Source: Candidatus Peribacteraceae bacterium
GTDB taxonomy: Bacteria; Patescibacteriota; Gracilibacteria; Peribacterales; Peribacteraceae
Length of the DNA: 64,000 nucleotides
Direction: 5' to 3'
Assembly (NCBI GenBank): GCA_035547395.1
Contig: DASZVA010000014.1
Location: 6,609-70,608, forward strand
Positions 51,145 to 60,532 of this stretch are shown here, piece by piece. How positions within the stretch are numbered: position 1 is the first letter of the stretch; each line of letters starts with the position of its first letter. The notes beneath the pieces were generated by a model. The model saw only the letters and a list, made by a program, of their open reading frames with translations, had not been told where the DNA came from and made no database searches. Both the position numbers and the translations under genes were made by a program.

Positions 51145-53364
51145 CTAAATGAGGCTTGACACCCAGGGCAAAAAATCGAGCCATCCTTTGCCGGGTTTGA
51201 AGACGCGATCTTGCTTGACGTACCAGTCACTTAATGTCAAAAACCTATCTGAGTGCAGCGAAAGATGACCCAGGTCGATACCGAGAATGCTGCTCTTGTG
51301 GGCGAAGGTGTAAACGGGGGAGTAGAGGAAGATGGCCGGAACATCCTTGGCAAGGACGGATTTCAGCTTCTGCAGCGCGTTCTGGCGCTCGGTTTCATCG
51401 CCGGTGCTGCGGATGGTCTCGAGCAGCGTGTCGGCCTGAAATGATTCGTACTGGGACAGATTGTAGGCATCCAGACGAAGATCGGATTTGTTACCGGTGA
51501 CCTTCTGCACGCCGCTACTGTGCCAATACGGATAGCTGTCGAGGTTATCGAGCAGGGATTCGCCAAAGAGCAGCGCGTCGTAATCGCGCGCGAGCATCTT
51601 GGCCTGGAAGTCGTCGGTCGTGGCGGGAATATCGATCGTTACATTGACGCCCAGCTTCGCCCACTGCTTCTTCACGTCCTCGGCGACGGCTTTGTACGAC
51701 GGGGGAGAGGGGCTGGTGAGCAACGTGAGCTTAAGCTGCTTGCCCTGATCGTTGATGCGCGTGCCGATGGGATCCCCCGGCTGTCGCAGGCGCAGATAGC
51801 CGTCCTGAACCACCAGATTATTGACCGAGATGCGCTGCGATTCCGGAATGGAACCCGCCTTGGACGCCAGGAACAGATCGACAAGGTGCTGTTCATTGAG
51901 TGCCTTGGCGTAATCGTCAGCCGTGACCGTGCGATGCACGTAGCACGAATCGAGGATCTTGCCTTTGTCGTCGGTCAATTTAATCAGGTTGTAGCCGACG
52001 TGCAGCGCGTTCGCGCCGGTGGTCGGCAGCTGCACGATCCACGATCCCGATTGCGTGGGATTGGCCCTGAGCGGAATGCCGTTGATGCTGTCCTTGCCGC
52101 TCAAATCATGCCCCGATCCCGTGACGGACAGCAGGGCGCCGGTATCCAGGAACACGACAGGCGCAATCTTCAGAATGCCGTTCTGGTTGGCATCACGCTG
52201 CTCGAGCAAATGCTGCAGATGGAGTTTTTCGGGGAAGTACCAGGACGAATCGACGAGCGCCCCCTGCGCCGCTGCCGGATCGAATTTGTACCGCCAGTCG
52301 GAGTTGTCGAGCTCGAGCAGGGGAGTGTCGACGATGGCGGATTCGCCCGCGGTTTCCGCGATTTCCTGCTTGTTGGTCCCCAGCTGCAGACCCAGTCGCA
52401 GTTTCTGATCCTTCACAACAGTGCGATCGAGGTTGAAGAAGAGCGCCGTGTACTGCGGCAATGTGTAATTGCTCGCAGAGAACTGATTCGGAACGGCCGG
52501 CGTGCCGTTGGCCGTGTGCGGCACGAGGCGGATGCCGTCGAGATTGTGGAGATCCGACAGCAGCGTCTGGTAGCTCGGGAAAATGCGGAAGACCAGGCGA
52601 TCGATGCGTTCGACCGGCGGAATCGTACGATCGAACCGCTCGAGCGTCACTTCGGTACTCAGCTCCGTCTGCGAGATGCTTTTGATCTTGTAGGGACCCG
52701 CGCCGACGGGATGGAACCCGAAGTCGAGCGTCTGATCGATCATCTTGACGGGCACGCCCTCGAAAGATTTTTTCGGCAGCAGCCCGAGTGTTAAGTTGCT
52801 CGGGAAAAAACTGTAGGGCTCGTCGAGGACGAACTGCACCGTGCGGTCGTTGACTTTTTTGATGGTGACGCCGCGGAAGTTTTGCGCCAGCAGGGTGTTT
52901 GGGAAATCCGGGTCCTGAATCGTCTGGAACGTGAACAGCACGTCGTCCGCCGTGACCGGATGCGGATCCTTGGTTGTGGAATCCTGCCAATAGATGTTTT
53001 TCTTGAGGGTGACCGTATAGGTCTTGCCGTCCTTGGACACATCGTACGTCGCCAGGTCATCGACGATCTTCTTGCTCTGCGGATCGTACTTGAGAAGCCC
53101 CGCGAAGATGAGCGAAACGATGTCGCGGTTCACGTCGTTTTGGACGGTGAACCAGGGATTCAGCGGCTGCAAGGTGCCGACGGACCCCTCGATGTAGGTG
53201 CCGCCGCTGGCCGGAATCAAGACGGTGTTATCGATGTAAAACCGATAGACAAGCATGCTGAAACTGCCCACGAAAAGCAGGATCAGTCCGATCACGACCC
53301 AGCGTTCCCATCGCACATACGAGCGCAGCAAACCCTGAAAGGTGGAGCGAAACAATCGGGGCAT
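51145..53364 (-). CDS. ABC-transporter substrate-binding protein, family 5 (peptide/nickel type), membrane-anchored
   Basis: An N-terminal TM helix is followed by SBP_bac_5 signatures (LFAGLLKYDPQSKKIVDDLATYDVSKDGKTYTVTLKKNIYWQD...DDVLFTF). It is 739 aa. Confidence 0.75.
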   Translation of the reverse strand: MPRLFRSTFQGLLRSYVRWERWVVIGLILLFVGSFSMLVYRFYIDNTVLIPASGGTYIEGSVGTLQPLNPWFTVQNDVNRDIVSLIFAGLLKYDPQSKKIVDDLATYDVSKDGKTYTVTLKKNIYWQDSTTKDPHPVTADDVLFTFQTIQDPDFPNTLLAQNFRGVTIKKVNDRTVQFVLDEPYSFFPSNLTLGLLPKKSFEGVPVKMIDQTLDFGFHPVGAGPYKIKSISQTELSTEVTLERFDRTIPPVERIDRLVFRIFPSYQTLLSDLHNLDGIRLVPHTANGTPAVPNQFSASNYTLPQYTALFFNLDRTVVKDQKLRLGLQLGTNKQEIAETAGESAIVDTPLLELDNSDWRYKFDPAAAQGALVDSSWYFPEKLHLQHLLEQRDANQNGILKIAPVVFLDTGALLSVTGSGHDLSGKDSINGIPLRANPTQSGSWIVQLPTTGANALHVGYNLIKLTDDKGKILDSCYVHRTVTADDYAKALNEQHLVDLFLASKAGSIPESQRISVNNLVVQDGYLRLRQPGDPIGTRINDQGKQLKLTLLTSPSPPSYKAVAEDVKKQWAKLGVNVTIDIPATTDDFQAKMLARDYDALLFGESLLDNLDSYPYWHSSGVQKVTGNKSDLRLDAYNLSQYESFQADTLLETIRSTGDETERQNALQKLKSVLAKDVPAIFLYSPVYTFAHKSSILGIDLGHLSLHSDRFLTLSDWYVKQDRVFKPGKGWLDFLPWVSSLI

Positions 53365-53368
53365 TGAA

Positions 53369-53584
53369 TCAGCGGATGAACCAACCGGCGATGGTCAGCA
53401 CGAAGAAAATGATTCCGAGGATGGCGGAACCCTGATAGAGCACGCGCTCCGCGCCTCTGCGCTGCACGTACGTAACTCCCGTGCCGCCGAGCGCGGACGA
53501 CAGGCCGCTAGAGCGATGCTGCAGCAGAATGCTGAAGATGATGAGAATGGCGAGAACCGCCTGAATCGTAGTAATCAAACTCAT
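53369..53584 (-). CDS. secG: preprotein translocase subunit SecG
   Basis: 71 aa with 2 TM helices and the central motif LLQHRSSGLSSALGG. Confidence 0.8.
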   Translation of the reverse strand: MSLITTIQAVLAILIIFSILLQHRSSGLSSALGGTGVTYVQRRGAERVLYQGSAILGIIFFVLTIAGWFIR

Positions 53585-53706
53585 GCAGACAGTGTAGAGG
53601 TTTACGCCCGCCGATCAAGGGTGATTTGGGCTTTGGAAAGGCGCAAAATGGGAAAATTGAAAAATGAAAATGGAAAATTAATTTTCTGTATACTTTCGTC
53701 ACATCA

Positions 53707-53783
53707 GGGCGCCTAGCTCAGTTGGTTAGAGCATCTCGTTTACACCGAGAGGGTCAGGGGTTCGAATCCTCTGGCGCCCACCA
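53707..53783 (+). tRNA. tRNA-Val (anticodon TAC), CCA encoded
   Basis: GGGCGCC-TA-GCTC/AGTTGGTTA/GAGC-A-TCTCG/TTTACAC/CGAGA-GGGTC-AGGGG/TTCGAAT/CCTCT-GGCGCCC-A-CCA. Confidence 0.93.
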
Positions 53784-53786
53784 CCC

Positions 53787-53950
53787 CGTCACCCTAACCC
53801 TCTCCCGCAAGGGGGAGAGGGAATATTTCCGTGTCATGCACCGTTTTTTTGCGTTCTCAAAAACTATTTCATTACGTAAAAATGTACCGTGGCACGCGCT
53901 GATGGTGTACCCGCCCGAACGTACCGTTCGGTACGGGCAGGCCGAGGCGT
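53787..53950. repeat. cluster of REP-like palindromic units downstream of tRNA-Val
   Basis: GTCACCCTAACCCTCTCCC-gcaag-GGGGAGAGGG lies at about 53790-53822. The hairpin CCCGCCCGAACGTACCG-TTCGGTACGGGC lies at about 53910-53938 and is related to the core of the GTGTCA elements. Confidence 0.65.
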
Positions 53951-54025
53951 CAAAAAAATGTGCCACCCACATGAAGTACAGGATGACACATGCTGATCGC
54001 TAACCGCTAATCGCTCTTCGCAATT

Positions 54026-54361
54026 TTACTGTCCCGTCGCAGTACTGCCGAGCGACTGGAAGATGCTCTGCATGAGGCCGACGATCGTCGAGAAGTTCAG
54101 ATCGAACGGAATGTCGAGGAGCTTACTGATCCACGCCACCGCGAAGAACGCGACGAAGGTGACGATGAGACCGATGATCGCGTAGCGGATCGTATGCACC
54201 GCCTTGCGGATTTTTTCTTCATTACCGGCGGAGAGAATGAAACTGATGCCGCCGATGATGATGTAAACGAGACAGAGAATCGACGCGACGATGAGCGCCA
54301 GCGCGATGAAGGTTGCGACGATATCAATGACGCTGCCCGTCGCGAGAAGGTTCTGCAGCAT
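54026..54361 (-). CDS. small 3-TM membrane protein, possibly a TrbC/VirB2-type 'T4SS pilin-like' family common in CPR genomes
   Basis: 111 aa. It has ..IIGGISFILSAGNEEKIRKAVHTIRYAIIGLIV.. between hydrophobic helices. The family assignment is tentative. Confidence 0.45.
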   Translation of the reverse strand: MLQNLLATGSVIDIVATFIALALIVASILCLVYIIIGGISFILSAGNEEKIRKAVHTIRYAIIGLIVTFVAFFAVAWISKLLDIPFDLNFSTIVGLMQSIFQSLGSTATGQ

Positions 54362-54382
54362 GGAAGGGTGGGGGAGGAGGGG

Positions 54383-54682
54383 TTAATGAGACGGAGGTTC
54401 CAGGATTTTAAGATTGATGCGCTGCTGTGCGTTGCCTCCGAGAATACGAAGCAGCGTGCGAAGGGCTTTGACGGTCTGACCGCCTTTGCCGATCAATTTG
54501 CCCATGTCAGCGTCGCCGACCTGGACAGTAAGAAGAACGCCGAGCTCGTCGATCTTGGAATCGATGACGAGAGCGTCTTTGTCTTCAACGATGGATTCGA
54601 GAACGTACCGCAGAAAATCCAAACCGGGTACATCCGACGATGTTTGTGGAGAACTCATACCGGGTGATCCTACTCCCTCCAT
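54383..54682 (-). CDS. KH-domain RNA-binding protein (YlqC/UPF0109 family)
   Basis: It has MGKLIGKGGQTVKALRTLL (GxxG loop). Its ATG overlaps the rpsP stop (TAATG), matching the conserved rpsP-KH gene order. Confidence 0.8.
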   Translation of the reverse strand: MEGVGSPGMSSPQTSSDVPGLDFLRYVLESIVEDKDALVIDSKIDELGVLLTVQVGDADMGKLIGKGGQTVKALRTLLRILGGNAQQRINLKILEPPSH

Positions 54683-55098
54683 TATGCGTTGTCACCAGCT
54701 GGTGCTGCCTCCTCTGCGGGAGCGGCTTCCGCCTTCGCTGAAGCTTCGGCGGACAGGTCGGCTACCGGAGCGGCGGCCGCGGCGGCAGGAGCAGCGGATT
54801 CCTCGGGCGGAGCCTTCTTGGAACGCTGCTTGGTGTAACGCTGAATGAACTTTTCCATATCCTTCACGCCGTTTTTCTTCAGAAGGCGGGCGACCGTGTC
54901 GCTCGGGATCGCACCCTTGGACACCCAATAGGTGACGCGCTCCTGATTCACCTGCCACACCGGATCTTTGCGGGCGGGGAGGTAGTGACCGAGGATCTCG
55001 AGGAACTTGCCCTTCACCGGACGCGCCTTGTCGGCCGCGACGATACGATACGTCGCGAGGTTCTTTCGGCCGGTGCGCTGCAGTCTGATGACGAGCAT
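54682..55098 (-). CDS. rpsP: 30S ribosomal protein S16 with an Ala/Glu-rich C-terminal extension
   Basis: MLVIRLQRTGRKNLATYRIVAADKARPVKGKFLEILGHYLP, starting at the internal ATG 55098. Confidence 0.9.
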   Translation of the reverse strand: MLVIRLQRTGRKNLATYRIVAADKARPVKGKFLEILGHYLPARKDPVWQVNQERVTYWVSKGAIPSDTVARLLKKNGVKDMEKFIQRYTKQRSKKAPPEESAAPAAAAAAPVADLSAEASAKAEAAPAEEAAPAGDNA

Positions 55099-55144
55099 GT
55101 GGGCGCTCAGTGTAGGGAGAGGGCTCGATTCATGCAAGTCTTTG

Positions 55145-55507
55145 TCAGTCCCGCGCGATCCGGATATCTGAAATATGCGCAAAACCGCATTCGGATGCGA
55201 TGTATGCTTTTAAATCGGGAATCAGAGCCCGGCATTCCTGGAGCGCGACCGAGTGGGAGCAGGTGAGAAACACGACGCCGTCCTGCACTTTTTTCACGTG
55301 CACGCATGCAGACAGATCAACCAGGCGATGCGCGATCCATTTCTCCAGGCGATGCACGACCAAAGCCCCCTCGGCATGCTGTTGCAGCCCCCGCTTGTGG
55401 AGCACTTTGGGGAGAACCGAGAAGACGCGATCCATGAACGGGCGGGGAAGACACCTCATTGTCGTTGACGGATGAGACGAACGCAATTGACACATCAACG
55501 CAAACAA
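55145..55507 (-). CDS. DUF721 (DciA-like) domain protein (tentative)
   Basis: The size and the pattern ...EKWIAHRLVDLSACVHVKKVQDGVVFLTCSHSVALQECRALIPDLKAYI... resemble DUF721. The start is uncertain. Confidence 0.4.
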   Translation of the reverse strand: MFALMCQLRSSHPSTTMRCLPRPFMDRVFSVLPKVLHKRGLQQHAEGALVVHRLEKWIAHRLVDLSACVHVKKVQDGVVFLTCSHSVALQECRALIPDLKAYIASECGFAHISDIRIARD

Positions 55508-55591
55508 TGATCGCCGTCCTGTCCACGGCTTTCATTTGCATTGCAGAGCGGACTCAGCAGACTGTGATGGTTCATTTTCCCTCTCCTTTCT

Positions 55592-57040
55592 ATGTTGTTT
55601 CACTCACGCACATCCCGCTTCGTCGCGAGCGCCTTCGCGGCCGGGATTCTGCTCGGAGTCGTGGGAACGACGATGGCAGCGTCCGTTCGCGGCTCCTCGG
55701 TTTTTCCGGATATCCCCAGTGGATCGTACTTCGACTCCGCCGTCGGGCAGATGTATTCCATGGGTATCATCAAGGGATACCAGAACGGCAATTTCGGTCC
55801 CAATGATCCCGTGACGCGCGCCGACGTCGCCGTCATGCTGCAGCGCTTCTATAATGAAGAGCACGGCATTTCGAATGACTCGTCATCCAGCACGACGACC
55901 CGTTCGAGCTCCAGCCGGTCGAGTGCCGCCTCGAGCACGAGTTCCAGTTCCTCGAAAGTGCTCTACGGCACGGTCCGTTTCACGACCAATAATTTCGTGG
56001 TCGGCTATGCGACCGGCACGGCAAAGATCTCGGTCGTCCGCATCGGCGGCGCGACGGGTCAGTTGAACGTCGATTACGCGACGGGCAGCGGATCGGCGGT
56101 CGCCGGCACGGACTATGATCCGACCAGCGGCACGTTGAACTTCGCCAACGGCGAAACGAGCAAGACGTTCACGGTGAACATCAAAAACAATCCGTTCGGC
56201 GGAAACAAGACGATTCCCATCATCCTGAAGAATATCAGCGCGGGCGCGGCTCTCGGCGATCCCTCCACCGCGACGATCACGATTTCAAGCGGACAGAGCG
56301 ATTCGTCCACGTCGTCAACCGCGTCGGCTGCGTCCAGCAGCTCGGTGAATTCGATGGGCACGCTGTCTCTGAGCGCGACGTCCTACATGGTGAATGAAAA
56401 GGATGGCACCCTCACCGTCACCGTGAACCGAAGCGGCGGCACGAACGGGACAGTCGGCGTGTCATACGCGACGACGGACGGCACGGCGCATGCGGGCGCG
56501 GCCTACACCAATGTGAACGGCACGCTTACCTTCAATGCAGGAGAAACGACCAAGACGTTCTCGATTCCGATCAGCTACAACTCGAACGTAACGGGCAACC
56601 GTTCGTTCACGGTGGCGCTTGGTAACCCCACCGGCGGCGCGAACCTGGATGCACTCGGTACGTCCGCGACCGTGACGATCTTCGATTATGAAAGCGGCGT
56701 CTACGGGTCGGGCGGATTGAAATTCGCGAAATCGGAATATGACGTCAGCCACAACGACGGTAATGTCGTGATCACGGTGCAGCGCGTGGGAGGCGCTGAC
56801 GGAATCGTGACGGTGAATTACGACACCGAAAACGTCACCGCATCGTCCGGCAATGATTACACGACGGAAAACGGAACACTCACGTTCCAGCCCGGCGAAA
56901 CGAGCAAGACGATCGTCATTCCGATTTTGAACAGCGGCACGCTGAGTAACACTCGTTCGTTCAACGTGGCGCTGACATCGCCGACGGCGCCGGCGACACT
57001 CGTGTCTCCGTATGTCACAAGCGTCATGATCAGTAACTAA
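55592..57040 (+). CDS. surface protein: signal peptide, SLH domain and four Calx-beta domains
   Basis: The SLH stretch is FPDIPSGSYFDSAVGQMYSMGIIKGYQNGNFGPNDPVTRADVAVMLQRF. The Calx-beta pattern V.Y.T..GTA.AG.DY....GTL.F..GET.KT(F/I).I occurs four times. Confidence 0.8.
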   Translation: MLFHSRTSRFVASAFAAGILLGVVGTTMAASVRGSSVFPDIPSGSYFDSAVGQMYSMGIIKGYQNGNFGPNDPVTRADVAVMLQRFYNEEHGISNDSSSSTTTRSSSSRSSAASSTSSSSSKVLYGTVRFTTNNFVVGYATGTAKISVVRIGGATGQLNVDYATGSGSAVAGTDYDPTSGTLNFANGETSKTFTVNIKNNPFGGNKTIPIILKNISAGAALGDPSTATITISSGQSDSSTSSTASAASSSSVNSMGTLSLSATSYMVNEKDGTLTVTVNRSGGTNGTVGVSYATTDGTAHAGAAYTNVNGTLTFNAGETTKTFSIPISYNSNVTGNRSFTVALGNPTGGANLDALGTSATVTIFDYESGVYGSGGLKFAKSEYDVSHNDGNVVITVQRVGGADGIVTVNYDTENVTASSGNDYTTENGTLTFQPGETSKTIVIPILNSGTLSNTRSFNVALTSPTAPATLVSPYVTSVMISN

Positions 57041-57163
57041 ATCCCTCATCCCCAACCCCTTCTCCCGCTTGCGCCACCAGCCAGCCGGGAGAAGGGGTAT
57101 TTTTAAAAATTCCCCCCTCTCCTGGTAAGCAAGCGGGTGGGCAGGAGAGGGGGCGGGGGTGAG
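57041..57163. repeat. pair of REP-like GC-rich hairpins between convergent genes
   Basis: The two hairpins are CCCCTTCTCCCG-(18 nt)-CGGGAGAAGGGG and CCCCTCTCCTG-(17 nt)-CAGGAGAGGGG. They are followed by GGGGGTGAGGTCAC. Confidence 0.65.
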
Positions 57164-57164
57164 G

Positions 57165-58208
57165 TCACATCGCTTCCTGCAACACAGCCGCTGTTTCCTC
57201 CGCCGTGTTCTCCCACGTGCCGATGACAGATGCATTGCGCTCATGCGGCGGATGTTTGAATGCAGCGGCGAATGCATCGACGGTCGGTTCGAGAAGCAAT
57301 GCTTTCCCTGTCGCGATGTCTCTGATCGCGGATCCGTCGGTTGCGATCACCGGGCACGCGCAGGCAAGCGCTTCCGCGACGGGCAGGCAGAATCCTTCGT
57401 AGAGCGATGCCGTCACAAGAGCGTTCGCTGCGCTGTAGAGCGCGGGCAGATCGCTGTCCGGCACGTCCTTCAGTTGCCGAACGTGATCGGGCAGCGGCCG
57501 GAGCGCCTCGCTCTCCTTGCCGCCCGTAACGAGAATCAGATCAGCATCCATCTGCCGTCCGGATGCAAGAAACGCCTGTATGAGCAGCGGAACGTTTTTG
57601 TGCTGCTTGGCATTGCCGACGTAGAGAAAATACGGACGTTTCAAAGCGTACTTGTCACGGATGCGTTCGAGAGCCGGCTGCGGCGACGGATGAAAGGCGG
57701 GATCGACGCCCTCAAGCACCACGCGCGTTTTCGACTCCGCGGACGTGCCGAAGACCGACGCGATCTCGCTTTTCACAAACGGACTGATCGTGATGATGCG
57801 CGTCGCCTTCTTGATCGCATTGGAAAAAAGAGAGCGATAGGCTCTGCGTTTGAAAAACGACGCCTGATTGGGATAGCGGTGCAAAATGAGATCGTGGATC
57901 GTGACGAGAAACGGCACGGGACACGAAAACGGCACGTTGAAGTGCGGGGAGAAAAACAGATCCGCGGGAAAATCCCTGAGAAGCCCAGGCAGTACGACCT
58001 GCTCCGCAATCGAATAATGGGGGACATCCGCGGTGACGACCGTGAAATGCGATGAACGCGACGGAATCCAGTTTTCCTCCGGCGACCGCACGAAGAGCAC
58101 ATACCGAAAACCGTCGCGCGACAACAAATGGGTTGTCAGCTCGCGCGTATAGCGTCCGAGGCCCGAATTGGTCGCCGCAAATCTGCAATCGATCGCGATC
58201 GTCTTCAT
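57165..58208 (-). CDS. glycosyltransferase family 1 (GT4)
   Basis: The start is placed at the internal ATG 58208 (MKTIAIDCRF...). The C-terminal region has the GT1 signature ...ALVTASLYEGFCLPVAEALACACPVIATD. Confidence 0.8.
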   Translation of the reverse strand: MKTIAIDCRFAATNSGLGRYTRELTTHLLSRDGFRYVLFVRSPEENWIPSRSSHFTVVTADVPHYSIAEQVVLPGLLRDFPADLFFSPHFNVPFSCPVPFLVTIHDLILHRYPNQASFFKRRAYRSLFSNAIKKATRIITISPFVKSEIASVFGTSAESKTRVVLEGVDPAFHPSPQPALERIRDKYALKRPYFLYVGNAKQHKNVPLLIQAFLASGRQMDADLILVTGGKESEALRPLPDHVRQLKDVPDSDLPALYSAANALVTASLYEGFCLPVAEALACACPVIATDGSAIRDIATGKALLLEPTVDAFAAAFKHPPHERNASVIGTWENTAEETAAVLQEAM

Positions 58209-58227
58209 ACGGTGGCATGATACTACC

Positions 58228-59022
58228 GTGACCGTACACGATGCACTCTCATCTGGCATTGAGCGCACGGACGCCGAGATCCTGCTTGCGTTCGCGCTCG
58301 ACAGAGACCGAACGTGGATTCTGGCGCATCCGGAACATTCCCTCTCTCCGGCAGAAGAAGCCACCGTCAAAAAGTTCATCGACCGCAGGCGGGCTGGGGA
58401 GCCGGTCGCCTACATCACGGGAATGAAGGATTTTTACGGACGTTCGTTCATCGTGAACCGTCATGCGCTCATTCCGCGTCCGGCGACGGAAGCGTTGATC
58501 GACATCGCGAAAGATCTGTTCACCAGAAAAAAAGTGCAGCCTGTCAGGGAGATCGATAGCCGCATCGTCGCGTGGACGCATGTCTGGGGACCGCTCGACG
58601 ACGTGCGGACCATCGTCGATATCGGCACGGGCAGCGGCTGCATCGCGGTCACGCTCGCGTGCGAGCTGCCGCAGATTAAGATCATCGCGACGGACGTCAG
58701 CGGCGATGCATTGAGCGTCGCGCGGGAGAATGCAAAAAAACATGCTGTCACCAACCGCATTCTATTTCTGCAGGGCAGGGGACTGGACCCTGTCGCCGAC
58801 ATCGATGAACCGTTTTTGATCGTGAGCAATCCTCCGTACATTCCAAAAGACGTAGCACTTTCCAAAGACGTCGCGGACTACGAGCCGCACGAGGCGCTGT
58901 TTGCAGGCGAGAGGGGAGCGGACGTTATCGAGAGGATCGTGCGGGAGTCGCAAAAAAATCCGTACTGCAGAGGATTTCTCATGGAATGCAGGGAAGAGCA
59001 GGCAAGGACAGATCTTGCATAG
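58228..59022 (+). CDS. prmC: peptide-chain-release-factor N5-glutamine methyltransferase
   Basis: It has EPVAYITGMKDFYGRSF, motif I DIGTGSGCIAV and motif IV VSNPPYIP. The GTG start at 58228 is preferred because the track start overlaps the divergent GT gene. Confidence 0.85.
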   Translation: MTVHDALSSGIERTDAEILLAFALDRDRTWILAHPEHSLSPAEEATVKKFIDRRRAGEPVAYITGMKDFYGRSFIVNRHALIPRPATEALIDIAKDLFTRKKVQPVREIDSRIVAWTHVWGPLDDVRTIVDIGTGSGCIAVTLACELPQIKIIATDVSGDALSVARENAKKHAVTNRILFLQGRGLDPVADIDEPFLIVSNPPYIPKDVALSKDVADYEPHEALFAGERGADVIERIVRESQKNPYCRGFLMECREEQARTDLA

Positions 59023-59049
59023 TATGCATTAAAGTATTACAACAGACGC

Positions 59050-59658
59050 ATGCTTGATGCTACAGGCAATCGTACCGTGACAATCTTGCGTCCTCGGGGA
59101 CTGTCTGTCATCGGTTTATATCAGGATGCACTTGATGATTACGAGGCGGAGACAAATCAACAGAATGACGATCCCGTTCTCGCATCTCTGGAAAGAGATA
59201 AACGTGAGAAGCTCGATGAAAGTCTGGATGTTATTAAAAATCTCATCACAGAAACAGCGGATGTGCTGAAGTTGCACGTCAACATCTATGAATACGATTT
59301 CCCGTCGGCATTGCCCTCACCGAAAGCAAGAAGATGGATTGGAAAAACCAATCTGCTCACGACGATTGAACCGAATGATACGCAACTTGCATACGTCTCG
59401 GCCTGCTTGCGTCACAATCCCGTCATGAGCGCTTTACTGGCATACGATAGCCCGGACTACCTGGAAGAAGGAAACCGGTTGCATATCATCGATGCACGAT
59501 CTGTACCGATCATCAACATATCTTCACCGGAATCCGAAAAACAACAACGCATCTTTGCATCCTGCACGCATTGGGATATCGAGAAGATAAAGCCCGTGAT
59601 TACTAAAGCTCTGTCGTATCCATTTCCGGTCACTCCTCCAATCTCTCTCCCCACTTGA
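59050..59658 (+). CDS. hypothetical protein
   Basis: 202-aa ORF, AT-richer than its neighbours. Its 3' end overlaps the nadK 3' end convergently by 29 nt. No motif was recognised. Confidence 0.45.
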   Translation: MLDATGNRTVTILRPRGLSVIGLYQDALDDYEAETNQQNDDPVLASLERDKREKLDESLDVIKNLITETADVLKLHVNIYEYDFPSALPSPKARRWIGKTNLLTTIEPNDTQLAYVSACLRHNPVMSALLAYDSPDYLEEGNRLHIIDARSVPIINISSPESEKQQRIFASCTHWDIEKIKPVITKALSYPFPVTPPISLPT

Positions 59659-60523
59659 GCTTGGTGCGCAGCGTATGGAAGAACGTGTCTTCCTTGCGGC
59701 GGATGAATTTCACCGTTTCGCCGTGGATGCGCGTGACGATGCGGTCGAATTTTCGCAGTTCGTGATAAACCTGTCCGTCGAGCGTGAGACCGACGGTGCT
59801 TTCGAGAAATGAGTCGTTGCACTTGCTCACTTCCGTTTCGATATCCGTCGTTCCGGGAATCACGATCGGGCGCTGATTCAGACTGTGCGGATTGATCGGC
59901 GTCAAGATCACCGCGGCGAGGCGCGGGTGCACGACCGGACCGCCCGCCGCGAGAGAGTACGCGGTGGAACCGGTGGGCGTGGCGATGATGAGCCCGTCGG
60001 CGTGAAACGTGGAGAGAAGCTCTCCACCGACGCTCGTGCGCAGATCAAGCAGACGCGAAATCGTGCCCTGTGATATCACGACTTCATTCATGGCGAGACA
60101 TGCAAAAATATCTTTGCCGTCGCGTTCCACGTGCACATGCAGAATGCTGCGCTCTTCGATCATTCCTTTGCCCTGCAAAAGCTGCGGCAGCAGATCGTCC
60201 GCTTCGTCGATGTTGATCTCGGCCAGAAAACCGACGGCGCCCTTGTTCACGCTTAAAATCGGAATCGACAAATCGTTCAACTCTCGGACCGAACGCAGAA
60301 TCGTTCCGTCTCCCCCGATCACAAGCAGCGCGTCGATGTCTTTCGTGTCTTTGATTTCATGAAAATCTTTGACGATATCCAGCTCGCCGACGTTCGGCCG
60401 ATCGACGAACACCTCGATCTTTTCCTTTTTGAGAATCGACAGAATATGAGCGACGGTTTCGTCTTTTTCGGTAAGGTGCGGCTTTACCGTGAGCCCGATG
60501 CGACGGTACTGCGTCATCCGCAC
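59630..60523 (-). CDS. nadK: NAD+ kinase
   Basis: It has GGDGTILR, ..NEVVI.. and TPTGSTAYSLAAGGP. Confidence 0.92.
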   Translation of the reverse strand: MRMTQYRRIGLTVKPHLTEKDETVAHILSILKKEKIEVFVDRPNVGELDIVKDFHEIKDTKDIDALLVIGGDGTILRSVRELNDLSIPILSVNKGAVGFLAEINIDEADDLLPQLLQGKGMIEERSILHVHVERDGKDIFACLAMNEVVISQGTISRLLDLRTSVGGELLSTFHADGLIIATPTGSTAYSLAAGGPVVHPRLAAVILTPINPHSLNQRPIVIPGTTDIETEVSKCNDSFLESTVGLTLDGQVYHELRKFDRIVTRIHGETVKFIRRKEDTFFHTLRTKLKWGERLEE

Positions 60524-60532
60524 TACGTTCGG

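Noticed and set aside
53641-53690. An A-rich 'aaaatg/aaaatt' tract between secG and tRNA-Val considered as another heptad array.
   Set aside because: The spacing of the AAT(G/T) cores is irregular (8, 8, 6 and 7 nt). Only a short palindrome (GAAAATTAATTTTC) is present, so it is more likely ordinary AT-rich promoter DNA.
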